From: an uncultured Planctomycetaceae bacterium
GTDB taxonomy: Bacteria > Planctomycetota > Planctomycetia > Pirellulales > PALSA-1355
Direction: 5' to 3'
Length of the DNA: 64,000 nt
Assembly: GCA_963785305.1 (NCBI GenBank)
Contig: CAWAUV010000008.1
Span: forward strand, 544,001 to 608,000
A model generated the notes under the pieces. The model was not told the DNA's origin. It did not search any database and was given only the letters and a program-made list of their open reading frames with translations. Positions 21,416 to 32,365 of this stretch are shown here, piece after piece. Every line of letters begins with the position of its first letter. Position 1 is the first letter of the stretch. Position numbers and translations under genes: made by a program.

Positions 21416-21978
21416 CACGAGGGTCCTTTGAAACACGGGGCTTGCATGCCGCGAGCTGTAAAACAAGGCACGGAGGGCGCGCCCCGGGGCCAGCTCCGTG
21501 TCTGTAAAACACAATCCTGGTAATGTAACTCCCCGCTGGCAATAGCTGCAACACCTAATGCGGCACAAAATCGCGTGTTTCCGCAATTCGCCCGCCGCCA
21601 CGCGAATACCCATTTGGCGCCGCGCCGCCATCGCCTCGATTCCACGCGAAAACGCGAATCGTTCCCACTTCACAAACGGCCGCGGGAACCCTGGCGAAGG
21701 CGATCGGCGGTACGGGGGGCGCCGCCACGAAAAAACCATGGGCGCCTTCCGGATTCTCCGCCCCGCGCATGGCCGCGCCGTCGACGCGGCGGCCGACGCC
21801 GGCAATGGGCGCCGGTCTTCAGCAAAACCGAGCCCGCGAAATCGCCACCCTTTCCCAGCCCTTGGGTTGTGTGGCGCGCTCCGCGGCGGCAGAGCGACGA
21901 GAAACCCTCGAACAACCGCCGCGGCATGTCGCGTCTTGGTGGGGGGCCGAACCCGAGCTTCAGACGAACGCGAAACGC

Positions 21979-23059
21979 TCAATTTCCGAAGCTGACGGGA
22001 ATCGACTCATTGCCATTCCGAGAAGCCAGCGACCACAGGAGCGGCTGCGATGTGGTTTCATCGATCCATTGCGCCGAGCCGTCGGCCATTAGCACTTGGC
22101 AACCGCCTGGGTGAAATGAAATCAGCTCGTCCGACGCATAGGCAATGCACCAATTTTCATACACGGTGTCGCCCGGCAGCTTGCCACCCGAGGCCGGCAA
22201 GTTCGACGTCGGCGCGGGGGTGGGGGCGAGATTGATATTGGCCACGTTTTCGCCTCCGGCCCAAGAGCCGGAAATTTTGAGCTGCGAGCTCTTGGCGTTG
22301 AAGCCGCGGCCCGCCATTTCGGCAACCATGATCGTTTTCGAAGTGCCATCGGTGATGTCTCGCACTCGCACCACGGTCGAAACAGCAAGCGCCGAAGTCG
22401 ATCCCGAATCGGTGAGGAGCACACCCATGTTCTTATTGTAGGCGGATCCCGTGGCGGGGTTGATGTTACCGCTGTTGGGGCCATCGATGCCGGAATAGTC
22501 GTTGGCGCCCATGTTGGTTCCCGCGGCGGCGGCGGTTTGGCCGTAGTAATTGTTGATCGTCGACGCGCCGATCGGTGCGCGAGGGGTCCATCGGCGATGC
22601 CGTGCTGGGACAAATATAGGTATTAATCACGTTGGTCGTGACTTTGTATGCCGGATTCGTGGAATTGAGGTTGGCGCTATAGGTCTGGTCGTTGGGCGCG
22701 AATTTGAAATTAATCAACTTGAATATTTCATTCGCCTCCATATACGGCAAAATCAGGGCCGACCAAGCCCAGGTTTCACAATTCGCGCAAGTTTGCGTTT
22801 CTCCCGCCGGAAACGTCTTTTTCACGTCGTGGTGGTTCAGCAATCCCAACCCAATCTGCTTGAGGTTGTTCGAGCACGATGCCCTTCTGGCGGCGGCCCG
22901 GGCGGCTTGCACCGCAGGCAGCAACAGCGCGATCAATACACCGATCACGGCGATCACGACCAGAAGCTCGACCAACGTAAACGCGAGCCGCGCCCGTTGG
23001 AGACGAACCGACCAGTATCGGTCGCTTCTCATGCGGAAACTGTTCGTTCCAAATTTCAT
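21979..23059 (-). CDS. DUF1559 protein with prepilin-type N-terminal cleavage/methylation motif; frameshift near 22550
   Basis: [54 protein letters not shown]9-DG motif [13 protein letters not shown]. Confidence 0.92.
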
Positions 23060-23318
23060 TGAAACCTCTCTCTTCGGCGGATGAACAATTGAGTCATGAT
23101 AGAGATCGATTGTTTGCGCGGAGTTAGCCCTTTATGAGCTTTCGCGGTTTTCTCGAAGCAGGCGCCCGCCAGATCGCCCTTTGGGGGCTCGCGGGCCGCA
23201 AGAATCGCTCGCGCGAGGGAACCGGCTTCATTGCGGGCACGCCAGAATTGCCGTCGTTTCCGGCAACGATTACCAAATCAACGCCGTTTAGCAGCCAGTT
23301 AAATATTTCAACCGGTTT

Positions 23319-26300
23319 TTAGGGATGCTCGTGCAGAACCTCGAGAGCGTCGAAGTCGGCCAATACTTGGTCGATCGCTTCCGACTTCTCCGAGCGAGCG
23401 GCGGTGATTTTGACGACGCCGGCGCCGATTTGCTGACTGAGAGCGGCGGCGATCCTAGGTCCGGCCGGAATTTCGCCCGAAACTTGCGAAACAATGGACG
23501 CCAAGTTCGTGGAAACGTCGCTCGGGGCGCCGCTGTTTGTCGTCACGAAGACCGGCGCCACGAAGTCACTCGTCGCGTCGCGAGTGGCGGGGGCCGCAAT
23601 GCTTGCCGAGGCCGGCGTCGCGAGCGGAACGGTGGATGGAGCGGCGGATGGAATGGCGATCGACGAGGAAGCGATCGCGCTTTGCGGCGATTGGGCGGTC
23701 GGTGTTTCCGCGTCGCTCGAGCTACCGCCAATCGCCGCCAAGTACATGAACTCCGCGCCATCGGCCGCGGTAATGATGCTCGGCGAGCTCACCGAATTCA
23801 TCGGCGCCGCGACTCCGCCGGCCGGGGCCGTGTTGTAGGTCACGCTGTTGTAGACCGGATCGTTCGCCGGCAACTTCTTGAGCAAGTACTGCCGGATTTC
23901 GATCTCTTCGGTGCTGGAAATCGATTTTGCGCCATCGACATCGAAATAGGGGTTGAAACCAGAGCTGGTTGTCGACTTGAGAAAGTAATTTCGAACCGCG
24001 ACTTCTTCCGTGGAACTAACGCTGAAACCGGTGGTGTTGGTTCCGACCTGCTCGTCGTCGCCCGGCAGCACATTGAAGCGGAAGGCGAAGTCGCCGCCCG
24101 AGAGGCCGTTGCCCGAGGGCAGCGTGGAGCCCGGCGTCATCGTGCCCGACACGTCCGTCGTGTTGGTAAAGGCCCCGGAGATGCTGGCCCCGTTTGCGTC
24201 GGTCACGTCGGCCGCGGGAATCACGACCAGATACTTGTTGTCCGTCAGCGGGCTGGCGAACGTCCAGGTCGCGACATGCGTCGTACTATTGTAGGTCGCG
24301 CTCGAGAGGCTCGGCGTGGTATAGCCACTGGTGGACGAACCGATAATCGGCGAAGCGTCGAGCAGCGCGCTGGTCACGTTCACGCTTTCGCTGAACTGCA
24401 CCGAGATCGTATCCATGTTAATCCAGGGCAACGTGAGCAACTGCGATGCCCCCGTCTGGAGTTCATAACCGAGCGTCGCGCTGCCGAGCGAGTTCGAACC
24501 CAGGTAAGTGAGGAATTGCGACGTCCAAGCACTGCCGCTCACGTATACCCCCGTGATCGTGGCCGGAGCCACGACGCTCACCAAATCCGTCGCCGTGTTG
24601 CTCGGCTGGAGTCCGTCGGTCACCTTGAAGCTGATCGTGCGAGAGCCGGTGGCGGCGCCGGCGGTGAATGTCACCGACGCCAGCGCGGTTTGCATTTCGG
24701 CGGTGGTGGGCGTGCCGCTCACCGAGATCGTGAGCACGCCGGTCGCGCTATTGAACGAGCCCGAGATTCCATTCTGGGTGGCCAAAGCTAATGTGTCGCC
24801 CGAGGAGTAACCCGCCGTGATGCTGACCGAGGCCGCGACAAAGTCGGGGCTCGGATTGGAGTCGGTGAGCGTGAGCCCGACGTCGAGCGTCTCCGTGGCG
24901 CCGGCGGTGGCCGAGGACGGGGATGTCGAATAGCTAGTGGTCAAAACAGGCGCCGCCGCGGAGGCCGCGACCGTCACCTGTTTCGTGGCGGTGTTGCTGA
25001 CCAGCGTATCGTTCGTGTCGGTCACGGTGAAGGAAATCGTGCGCGAGCCGGCGGCGGTGGCCGTGAGCGTCACGGATTCGAGCGCCGCCATGAACTGGCT
25101 CACCGTGTCCGATCCGCCGTTGATTGTCAGTGTGCCGCTAGCGGCCGAGGCGTTGTAGCTCGCGGTGATTCCGCTCGGCGCTCCCGCGCCCAGGGCGAGT
25201 GTGTCGCCCGTTTGATAGCCGGCCGAGATCGCGACGGTGGCAATCAGGCTGGCGCTCGCGTTGGAATCCGTGAGTGAGACAGCCTGATCGATCGCGACCG
25301 CCGCATTGGCCGAAGCACTCGTGGCGCCGTTGCTGGCGGTGACCACCGGCGCCGTGCCGCTGGCGCTCACGGTGGGAGCGAACGCCACTCCCAGGAAGGC
25401 GGCGCCGCCCGTCGTGGCGCTAGGCGTTTGAGCAAGATAGACCGGAGTGGCGGTTAGCGATCCATTGAAACCCGAGCTATCGGTGACCGATACGAGTTCC
25501 GAACTCTCCGTGTCGGGGTTGTAGTTCGTGGCATAGAGCGTCACCACGCCGTTCGACACGCTGCCGGTCAGGCCCACGTAATCGTTGCTGGTGTCGATCG
25601 AGCCGCTGAGCACCCAACTTGTGCCATTGTACGTGTACTTCGAGATACCGAGCCCGGGCGTGACGAGGCCGGTTTTGGAACTGTAGCTCGCGCTGGCGTC
25701 CGCGATATAGAGCGTGTCGTAGCCGTCCTGCGAGGGGCCGGTTCCGAGTCGAGCCAAGTAGAATGAATTGGTTTTGCCGCTGTTCCCACTGGCGCCCGCG
25801 GTGAGTCCGCTTCCAGCGAATCCGGTAAGCGTGATCGTCGGCTGATTGGGCTCGCCGCTGCTCGGGTTGCCGCCGTTGGTTCCCGTGACCGCTTCAACAA
25901 TCTGTTGGCTGGTGCTTTTATCTTGATCGACGAACATCTGCCCATTGATGATTTCGACATCGCGGACATTCGTCAGCGTCGAGCCGGTGAGATCGGTCGC
26001 GGTCGTGCCTCCCAGTCCATCGATATATTCGAGGCCGCCGTTGGCCGGCGTGGAATTGTCATCGCCCGCGACCCAAATATCGGAGCCGTTGGTGGTAAAC
26101 GCGGCGCGAGGATCGTTTCCGCTGGCGAAGTTGGTCAGCGCGGTCGTGGTGTTGATGACGCCATTGATATTGATTTCGCCGACAGTGCGGGCCAGCTTGG
26201 TCGAAGCGACATTTTCCGGAGCCGCGTCGCCAGCGCCTTCGTCGAAACCGACGAGCGTCAGGTATTCGCCATTCGACGAGAGATTCAGCTCGCCTTCGCC

Positions 26301-29300
26301 CGAGGTGGCGCTGCCATCGAGCGTCAACGGGTTGTTGGCGCCCGTGGCCGCGGTCGGCAGCGGAATGCTTTGCACGAGCGCGCCGCCGGGCGTGTATTCG
26401 TCGAGGAACACGGCGGTCGACTCGTCCGAGAAAGCCACCGCCGCGTTCGCGGCGCCGAGTTGCAACACGGCCAAATCGCCGGCCTGAAACGGCTGGACGA
26501 TCTGCTCGCTAATCGTGCTGGTGATACCGCTCGCGTGGGCGTCGGTCACGGTGAGCGATTGGCTATAGCCGGTTACGAGCTCGAGGCCCGAGAACACATG
26601 CACGCCGTCATCGCCGCCCGCGCCGGACGTGAATGTGTAATTCGCCGGAAGCGAGGCCGAGGAATCCGTCGAACTGAATTGCACCGTGCCGGCGTAGTTG
26701 GTCACGGTGTTGCCGTAAGTGTCTTGGGCCGTGACCGTGACGCTGAATGCCTGCTTGGCGACGACATAAATCGGGGTTGAAATCGCGAACTGCGCCGGAG
26801 CGGCGGCTGTCACAATCACATTGGCGCTGCCGGATACGACTCCCGTGCCCGAGGCGACGATCGTTTGACTTCCGGCGGTGACCAGCGCGGCGCTGAAGGT
26901 ATGGCTGCCGTCGTCGGCGGCGGTGAATACATAATCGGCCGGGAGCGAGACATCGGCGCCCAGGTCGCTGCTCGTGAAATGCACCTCGCCGGTGTAATTG
27001 GTCACCGGCTGATTCTGGGCGTTTTCAGCCGTCACGGTGACATTGAACGCGGCGCCTGCCGTGGCGCTCGCCGACGTCGTGACGACGAAGTGCGTGGCCG
27101 CGGTCGACGGAATCGCTTGAGGCACGAGCGACACGCCGCGGAACGTCTCGTTGCTCGCCGCGGTGGCGATCGCGGTTACCGAACCGTTGACGAATCCATT
27201 GTATCCGGATGAATCGGTGAAGGCGTAGACCGTGCCGCCCTCGCCCTTGGTGTTTTGAGTCGAGCCGGTGTAAAGACTCGTCGTCGCAAAGAGCGTGACA
27301 ACGCCATTGCTTACCGAGCCGGTCAGTCCCTCGACGCCGGGAGCGCTGATGGTTCCACTAGGCTCCCATTGACCGCCATCGAGCGACCACTTTTCGATTT
27401 GACCGTTGGTGTCGTCGGTAATGTATAGCGTGTCGACATTCGTATCGCCCGAGCCGAGCGCGGCGAAGAACACACTATTGGGCGAGGCGGTCGAGCCCGT
27501 GGCGGCCGTCGGTAGCCCGTTCAAGCTGGTGACAGTCTGATTGCCGGTCGTGGGCAGATTGATGTTCGCGGCGCCGATCGTTCCTACCTCAAGCTGATCT
27601 TGCGACGAGACATAAAGCTGGCCATTGATCACGAAGATGTCGCGCAGATTCGATTCGCTCGATTCAAGCGAGGTCGATGTGCTGGCGCCCAGCGTCGTAT
27701 AGGCCGCGCCGCTCGTGCTGCTGCTGACATAGATCGACGTGCCATTGGTGGTGTCGGCCGCGCGAATATTGCCTTCGACATCGGTGAGCGCGGTGGTGGT
27801 GTTCACGCTGCCCGACGCGCCCACGATGCCCACCACGCGCGGCACGCTGGCGCTCGAGGTCGTGTCGATCGTGGGACCTTCGCCAACCGAGGCGTCGTAA
27901 CCGGTCAGCACAAGCCGCGTGCCATCGGGCGAGAGATTCAGTTCGCCATCGCCGGGCGCATTGCCCGAGGCAAGCAGCGCTTGGTTCGAGCCGCTGGCGC
28001 CGGCGACGGTCGGCATCGGAATCGTTTCGATGAGCGTGCCCGAGGTCGTGTATTCGTCGAGAAACACCGCCGTGGCCACCCCGCTTAGCGAAGCGCCGCC
28101 GGCGCCAATGCGATAGACCACGAAATCGCCCGGCGTGAAAGCCTGGGGCGAATAGTCCTCGATCGACGAAGCGCCCGTGACGGTGGACTTGACCGTGTCG
28201 GTCGCGGTGAGCGTGGTGGCCGTGCCCAAGAGACTTCCGGTCTCGAGGGTCACGGCATTGGTAAACGCGTGGCTGCCATCGTCGGCGGCTTGGAAGGCGT
28301 AGTTCGCCGGCAACGAGGCCGCGGAATCGGTCGAGCTGAAATGCACCGTGCCGGTGTAGTTGCTCACCAGGTTTCCATAGGCGTCTTCGGCCGTCACGGT
28401 GACACTGAATGGCGTGCCGGTCGTGGAATCAACGGGCGCGGAAACGGCGAACTGGCTCACTTGGGCCGCGTTCACAACGATCGGCGCGGAGGCGCCGGCG
28501 ATAATGCCATCGGAAACCCCCAACGTTTGGTTGCCGGCCGTGTCGAGCACGATGCCCGTGAATGTATGCGCGCCGTTGTCGGCGCCGGCGCCGGTGGTGA
28601 ATGTGTAGGTAGCCGGCAACACGTCGCCGGTCGCCGGATCGGTCGTGGTGAAGCTGACCGTGCCGGTGTAGTTCGTGATGACTTGTCCAGCGGCGTTTTC
28701 CGCCGTGACCGTCACACTCAGCGGGGCGCCGGCCGTGGTCGACGAGGGAGCGGTGGTAAACACGAACTGGGTGGCGCCCGAGGCCTCGGTCAACTCCGGC
28801 ACGGTGGCGATGCCGCGGAAGTCGGTGTTGGCCGGGGCCGAGAAGAGCACGGTCGCCGACGACGAGCCGTTGTTGGTGATCGCGCCGTTGTAGCCGGAGG
28901 TGTCCGTGATCGAGACCACATTGTTATTGTTCGGGTCGGTGGCGTAGAGCGTCACCGTGTTTCCGTTGACGGAACCGATCAGCCCTTCATAGCTGGCGGT
29001 GGCGCTGCCGATGGTTCCATTGACTGTCCAGTTGCCCGTGGTGGCGTTCCAGGTGTATTTCGTAATGCCGGGCGAGGAATTCGTGGCGCTCGTGTTTTCA
29101 TCGGCCACATAAAGCGTGTTGTAGCCCGAGTCGACGCCGTTGATGTCGAAGTCGGCGCCCGTTCCAAGCTTGGCGAGGAAGAACTCGCCGGTCTTGGACT
29201 TGCTGCCGGCCGTGGTGAGATTGGCGATTCCCGAGCCAGGCAAATTGTTGACCGTCGCGCCGCTGGTGGTGGGCGTTTGGAGGCTTCCGCTCGTATTGTC

Positions 29301-30110
29301 GAGAGCCTGAATAATCGGCAGGCCGGTGTTTTTGTCTTGGCTGAAATAGAGCTGGCCGTTCCAGATTTCCACGTCGCGAGCATTCGAGGCCGAACTCGAA
29401 AACGCGGTCGACGTGGTCACGCTGCCGCCGAGCGAACTGATGTAATGCACGCCGTTGGTTGTGTCTTGTCCCGCGAGCCAAAAGCCGGTGGAATTGCTGC
29501 CCGTGACGCCGCGCGGATCGCCGGTGCTGGAAAAATCGGTGAGCGCCGTGGTGGTGTTGATCGCGCCGGTGGCCAAGCTCACTTCGCCGATGGTTCGATT
29601 GATCGAGGCGGAAGTGCTGTTTTCGATGGCGCCGCTCGGAGCGCTCGCGCCGCCGCCGGGCGTGGTGTCATAGCCGGTCAGCAGCAAGTCCTGGCCATCG
29701 GTGGATACATTGAGCTCGCCTTCGTTGGTCGAGTTGCCTAGCACGAGCGACTGATTGCCGCCAGTAATGCTGCTGGTGGGCATCGCGATTTGCTGCACCA
29801 GGGTTCCGCTGGGCGTGTATTCGTCGAGAAACACGGCCGTGCCGGTGTCGCCCGGAGTGCCCGTGGCGCCATTGGCGCCGATTTGCAGCACCACGAGATC
29901 GCCCGCGGTAAAGCCCGTCATCACAAACCGCTCTTCAAGCGGCTCGAAGCTCCGGCGGCGCGATCCAACCGTGGGCCGCGCCCCATTTGAATTTAGTTTA
30001 TTTCGACGAGTAGCCTTGGGGCGAGCCGAGCGTGCCTTCGATTTCATTCGAGCCAAAACCTTTGTGGAGGATCGCGACAACTCATCGCGATAGCGGAGTG
30101 AAGGGCGCAA
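23319..30110 (-). CDS. Giant secreted/surface repeat protein (2263 aa; ATG start possibly 30047)
   Basis: Planctomycete export motif RRRSFEPLEERFVM. Three large repeats beginning FTAGDLVV/FTPGDFVV/FQAGDLAV..TAVFLDEYT, four Ig-like VTVTA repeats, two cadherin-like repeats and a C-terminal RFNVLPGD dockerin-like region. Confidence 0.88.
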   Translation of the reverse strand: MRPSLRYRDELSRSSTKVLARMKSKARSARPKATRRNKLNSNGARPTVGSRRRSFEPLEERFVMTGFTAGDLVVLQIGANGATGTPGDTGTAVFLDEYTPSGTLVQQIAMPTSSITGGNQSLVLGNSTNEGELNVSTDGQDLLLTGYDTTPGGGASAPSGAIENSTSASINRTIGEVSLATGAINTTTALTDFSSTGDPRGVTGSNSTGFWLAGQDTTNGVHYISSLGGSVTTSTAFSSSASNARDVEIWNGQLYFSQDKNTGLPIIQALDNTSGSLQTPTTSGATVNNLPGSGIANLTTAGSKSKTGEFFLAKLGTGADFDINGVDSGYNTLYVADENTSATNSSPGITKYTWNATTGNWTVNGTIGSATASYEGLIGSVNGNTVTLYATDPNNNNVVSITDTSGYNGAITNNGSSSATVLFSAPANTDFRGIATVPELTEASGATQFVFTTAPSSTTAGAPLSVTVTAENAAGQVITNYTGTVSFTTTDPATGDVLPATYTFTTGAGADNGAHTFTGIVLDTAGNQTLGVSDGIIAGASAPIVVNAAQVSQFAVSAPVDSTTGTPFSVTVTAEDAYGNLVSNYTGTVHFSSTDSAASLPANYAFQAADDGSHAFTNAVTLETGSLLGTATTLTATDTVKSTVTGASSIEDYSPQAFTPGDFVVYRIGAGGASLSGVATAVFLDEYTTSGTLIETIPMPTVAGASGSNQALLASGNAPGDGELNLSPDGTRLVLTGYDASVGEGPTIDTTSSASVPRVVGIVGASGSVNTTTALTDVEGNIRAADTTNGTSIYVSSSTSGAAYTTLGASTSTSLESSESNLRDIFVINGQLYVSSQDQLEVGTIGAANINLPTTGNQTVTSLNGLPTAATGSTASPNSVFFAALGSGDTNVDTLYITDDTNGQIEKWSLDGGQWEPSGTISAPGVEGLTGSVSNGVVTLFATTSLYTGSTQNTKGEGGTVYAFTDSSGYNGFVNGSVTAIATAASNETFRGVSLVPQAIPSTAATHFVVTTSASATAGAAFNVTVTAENAQNQPVTNYTGEVHFTSSDLGADVSLPADYVFTAADDGSHTFSAALVTAGSQTIVASGTGVVSGSANVIVTAAAPAQFAISTPIYVVAKQAFSVTVTAQDTYGNTVTNYAGTVQFSSTDSSASLPANYTFTSGAGGDDGVHVFSGLELVTGYSQSLTVTDAHASGITSTISEQIVQPFQAGDLAVLQLGAANAAVAFSDESTAVFLDEYTPGGALVQSIPLPTAATGANNPLTLDGSATSGEGELNLSSNGEYLTLVGFDEGAGDAAPENVASTKLARTVGEININGVINTTTALTNFASGNDPRAAFTTNGSDIWVAGDDNSTPANGGLEYIDGLGGTTATDLTGSTLTNVRDVEIINGQMFVDQDKSTSQQIVEAVTGTNGGNPSSGEPNQPTITLTGFAGSGLTAGASGNSGKTNSFYLARLGTGPSQDGYDTLYIADASASYSSKTGLVTPGLGISKYTYNGTSWVLSGSIDTSNDYVGLTGSVSNGVVTLYATNYNPDTESSELVSVTDSSGFNGSLTATPVYLAQTPSATTGGAAFLGVAFAPTVSASGTAPVVTASNGATSASANAAVAIDQAVSLTDSNASASLIATVAISAGYQTGDTLALGAGAPSGITASYNASAASGTLTINGGSDTVSQFMAALESVTLTATAAGSRTISFTVTDTNDTLVSNTATKQVTVAASAAAPVLTTSYSTSPSSATAGATETLDVGLTLTDSNPSPDFVAASVSITAGYSSGDTLALATQNGISGSFNSATGVLTISVSGTPTTAEMQTALASVTFTAGAATGSRTISFKVTDGLQPSNTATDLVSVVAPATITGVYVSGSAWTSQFLTYLGSNSLGSATLGYELQTGASQLLTLPWINMDTISVQFSESVNVTSALLDASPIIGSSTSGYTTPSLSSATYNSTTHVATWTFASPLTDNKYLVVIPAADVTDANGASISGAFTNTTDVSGTMTPGSTLPSGNGLSGGDFAFRFNVLPGDDEQVGTNTTGFSVSSTEEVAVRNYFLKSTTSSGFNPYFDVDGAKSISSTEEIEIRQYLLKKLPANDPVYNSVTYNTAPAGGVAAPMNSVSSPSIITAADGAEFMYLAAIGGSSSDAETPTAQSPQSAIASSSIAIPSAAPSTVPLATPASASIAAPATRDATSDFVAPVFVTTNSGAPSDVSTNLASIVSQVSGEIPAGPRIAAALSQQIGAGVVKITAARSEKSEAIDQVLADFDALEVLHEHP

Positions 30111-30487
30111 AAACCTGCTGCCTGGCGCAAGTCCTTTTCTTTATCCGCCGTTCCATGAGGCGGCGTCGGGCCGGACTGGCGGTGGGCGCGCCAGCACTCG
30201 CGACAGCGAGCCGAGAATAGTCCTCGTTTATTAAGAAAAAATGAGCGAATGATGAGATTGCAGTCCGATTTCAATGAGGGAAATGAGAGATTTGCAAGAA
30301 TTCGCCGTCCCGTGTCTCGGAACACGCGAAAATTGAGGTTGGCTCGCAGCCAGCGCTTGAGCCAAGAATGCCGCCGAGCCGACATTGCGGCGCGCGGAAA
30401 CGCCGCCGCCGCCGCGCCATGCACGAGAATGCGAATAAAGGCCGAGAAACGGCGAGTCAGCAGCCCGCTGAAAACTCCAACAGCCTG

Positions 30488-31119
30488 CTAGTCTTGCCCG
30501 GGCGGTTTTGCCTGCTTTATCGGTTCGAGCCGAATCTGCGTCAGCTCGGTCGCCCCAGACGAAGGCAACCCGAGCAACAAGGTCCGCACTCCCAGCGGAT
30601 CGCTCGGGTCGCAGCGAACGAGGTCGTCGCACACTTCGCGGGCCATTTCGGGTTTCGAGATTTTCATCAGACACCAGACAAGCCCCTTGCCGGCTTCGTG
30701 AAAGGCTTGGTTCACGGCGCCGCGGTAGGGAAGTGGGCCTTTGTCGCCCAGGGCTTTCATGCCCAGTCGATGCGCATAGCCGAAGTGGGCGCGGGCGAGC
30801 GGCAGGTCATCGGCGGCGAGCGCCAATTCGCCGAGCAAGCGGTGGGCTTCCAGAAAATCGCCGCAGCCGTTGAGGAGCCAGCGGAGCTCGTCGACGGCGA
30901 TTTCCGGCTCGCCCGCCTCGATCATGTGTCGCACTTCCTCCAAATCCTCGCGCCGGTCTCGCGAGGCGCGGGATTCGACCAGTTCCCAATTTCGTCCATC
31001 GGCCGCCAGCCGGGCTCGCAAGCGATTGGTTCCGCCGCGCAATTCGGAATTTTTTCCGCGCGCGTCACCGGCTTTCCGCGACGATTCTTCGGCCCAAATT
31101 TCGATTTCTTTTTTGCCAC
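30488..31119 (-). CDS. TPR-like hypothetical protein; probable frameshift near the N-terminus
   Basis: Basic N-terminus MAKKKSK (31119) in one frame; EDLEEVR..DELRWLL..LEAHRLLGELA..DPSDPLG in ORF 30488..31204. Confidence 0.6.
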
Positions 31120-31312
31120 CCAGCAAAATCCCCATCACCCAAGAAATATCGCCCGAGGAAGTCACGACGCGGCCTGCCCCGACGATATGGGCGGCAAGTG
31201 CCAACGCGGCTGGTCACTGGGCCGCTTTTGCTTAAATTAAGAAACATTCGCGGTGGACGCATTGGCCCCAGCGCCCTTCGCCCCAGCTTATTGCATTCCG
31301 AAGCCGAACGCC

Positions 31313-32361
31313 ATGCAATCGAGACGGACCCCGCTTCCCGACCAAGACATCGAGCATATCACGCGTCTGGTGGGCGATGCTTGGCAATTGCTCCGCGCGG
31401 CGAATGTCTTCATCACCGGCGGCACCGGGTTCATCGGCAAATGGCTCCTCGAGTCGTTCATGGCGGCCAATCGATCGCTCGCGCTCGACGCGCGGCTCAT
31501 CGTGCTCTCGCGCGATCCCGAGGCGTTTTTGCGATCCATGCCGCACTTGGCCCATCGACCCGAGATCCAATTCCACCGGGGAGATGTTCGGTCGTTTGTA
31601 TATCCCGCGACGCCGTGCTCCCACATTATTCACGCCGCCGCGCCAGCCGCGGAAATTCCGGGTCTCGAACATCGCCTCGACCTCTGTGAAGCGATCGTGG
31701 GCGGCACTGGGCGCGTTTTGCGATTCGCCGAGCACTCCGGCGCCCGGCGGCTGCTGCTTGTCGGCAGCGGCGCGGTTTATGGCCCAAGAGCGCCGGGCGA
31801 GAACCGGATTTCGGAAGATGATCCCGGCGCTCCCGCGATTTTCGACCTTCATTCAACCTATGCGCACGGCAAGCGACTGGTCGAACACCTGGGCGCGGTG
31901 CATTCCGCCAACGCCGGCCAACAGGTGATGATTGCCCGGTGCTTTGCGTTCGTGGGACCACACTTGCCACTCGCGGGCCGGTTTGCGATCGGCAATTTTT
32001 TACGCGACGCGCTCCAAGGCGATACGATCCGAGTCGAGGGCGACGGCAGCCCGAGGAGATCGTATCTCCATGCCGCCGATCTAGCGGTGTGGCTGTGGAC
32101 GATCTTGCTGCGCGGCGAAAGTTGCCGGCCCTACAATGTGGGCTCGGAAAACGCCGTGAGCATTGCCGAGGCGGCCGAGCGCGTGGCCCAAGCATTTGAT
32201 CCGCGACCGCGGGTGGAGCTCGCCGACGCGGCGACCGGCGAGGCGTCGTGGTATGTGCCCCACTGCGCGCGGCGCGCGAGGAACTGGGCCTTGAAGAACG
32301 GATCGCCTTGCCGGAGGCCATTCGCCGCACGGTCGCCTGGCTTCGGCAACAGCAGCGCTGA
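31313..32361 (+). CDS. NAD-dependent nucleotide-sugar epimerase/dehydratase; frameshift near 32270
   Basis: ITGGTGFIG, GSGAVYG, YAHGK, ARCFAFVGP, RSYL..DL, YNVGS. C-terminus ELGL..IRRTVAW is in the next frame. Confidence 0.88.
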
Positions 32362-32365
32362 TCCG

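Noticed and set aside
30110..30235. Riboswitch in the leader of the giant exoprotein gene
   Set aside because: GC-rich hairpins are possible, but I could not recognise c-di-GMP, cobalamin, TPP or other consensus elements.
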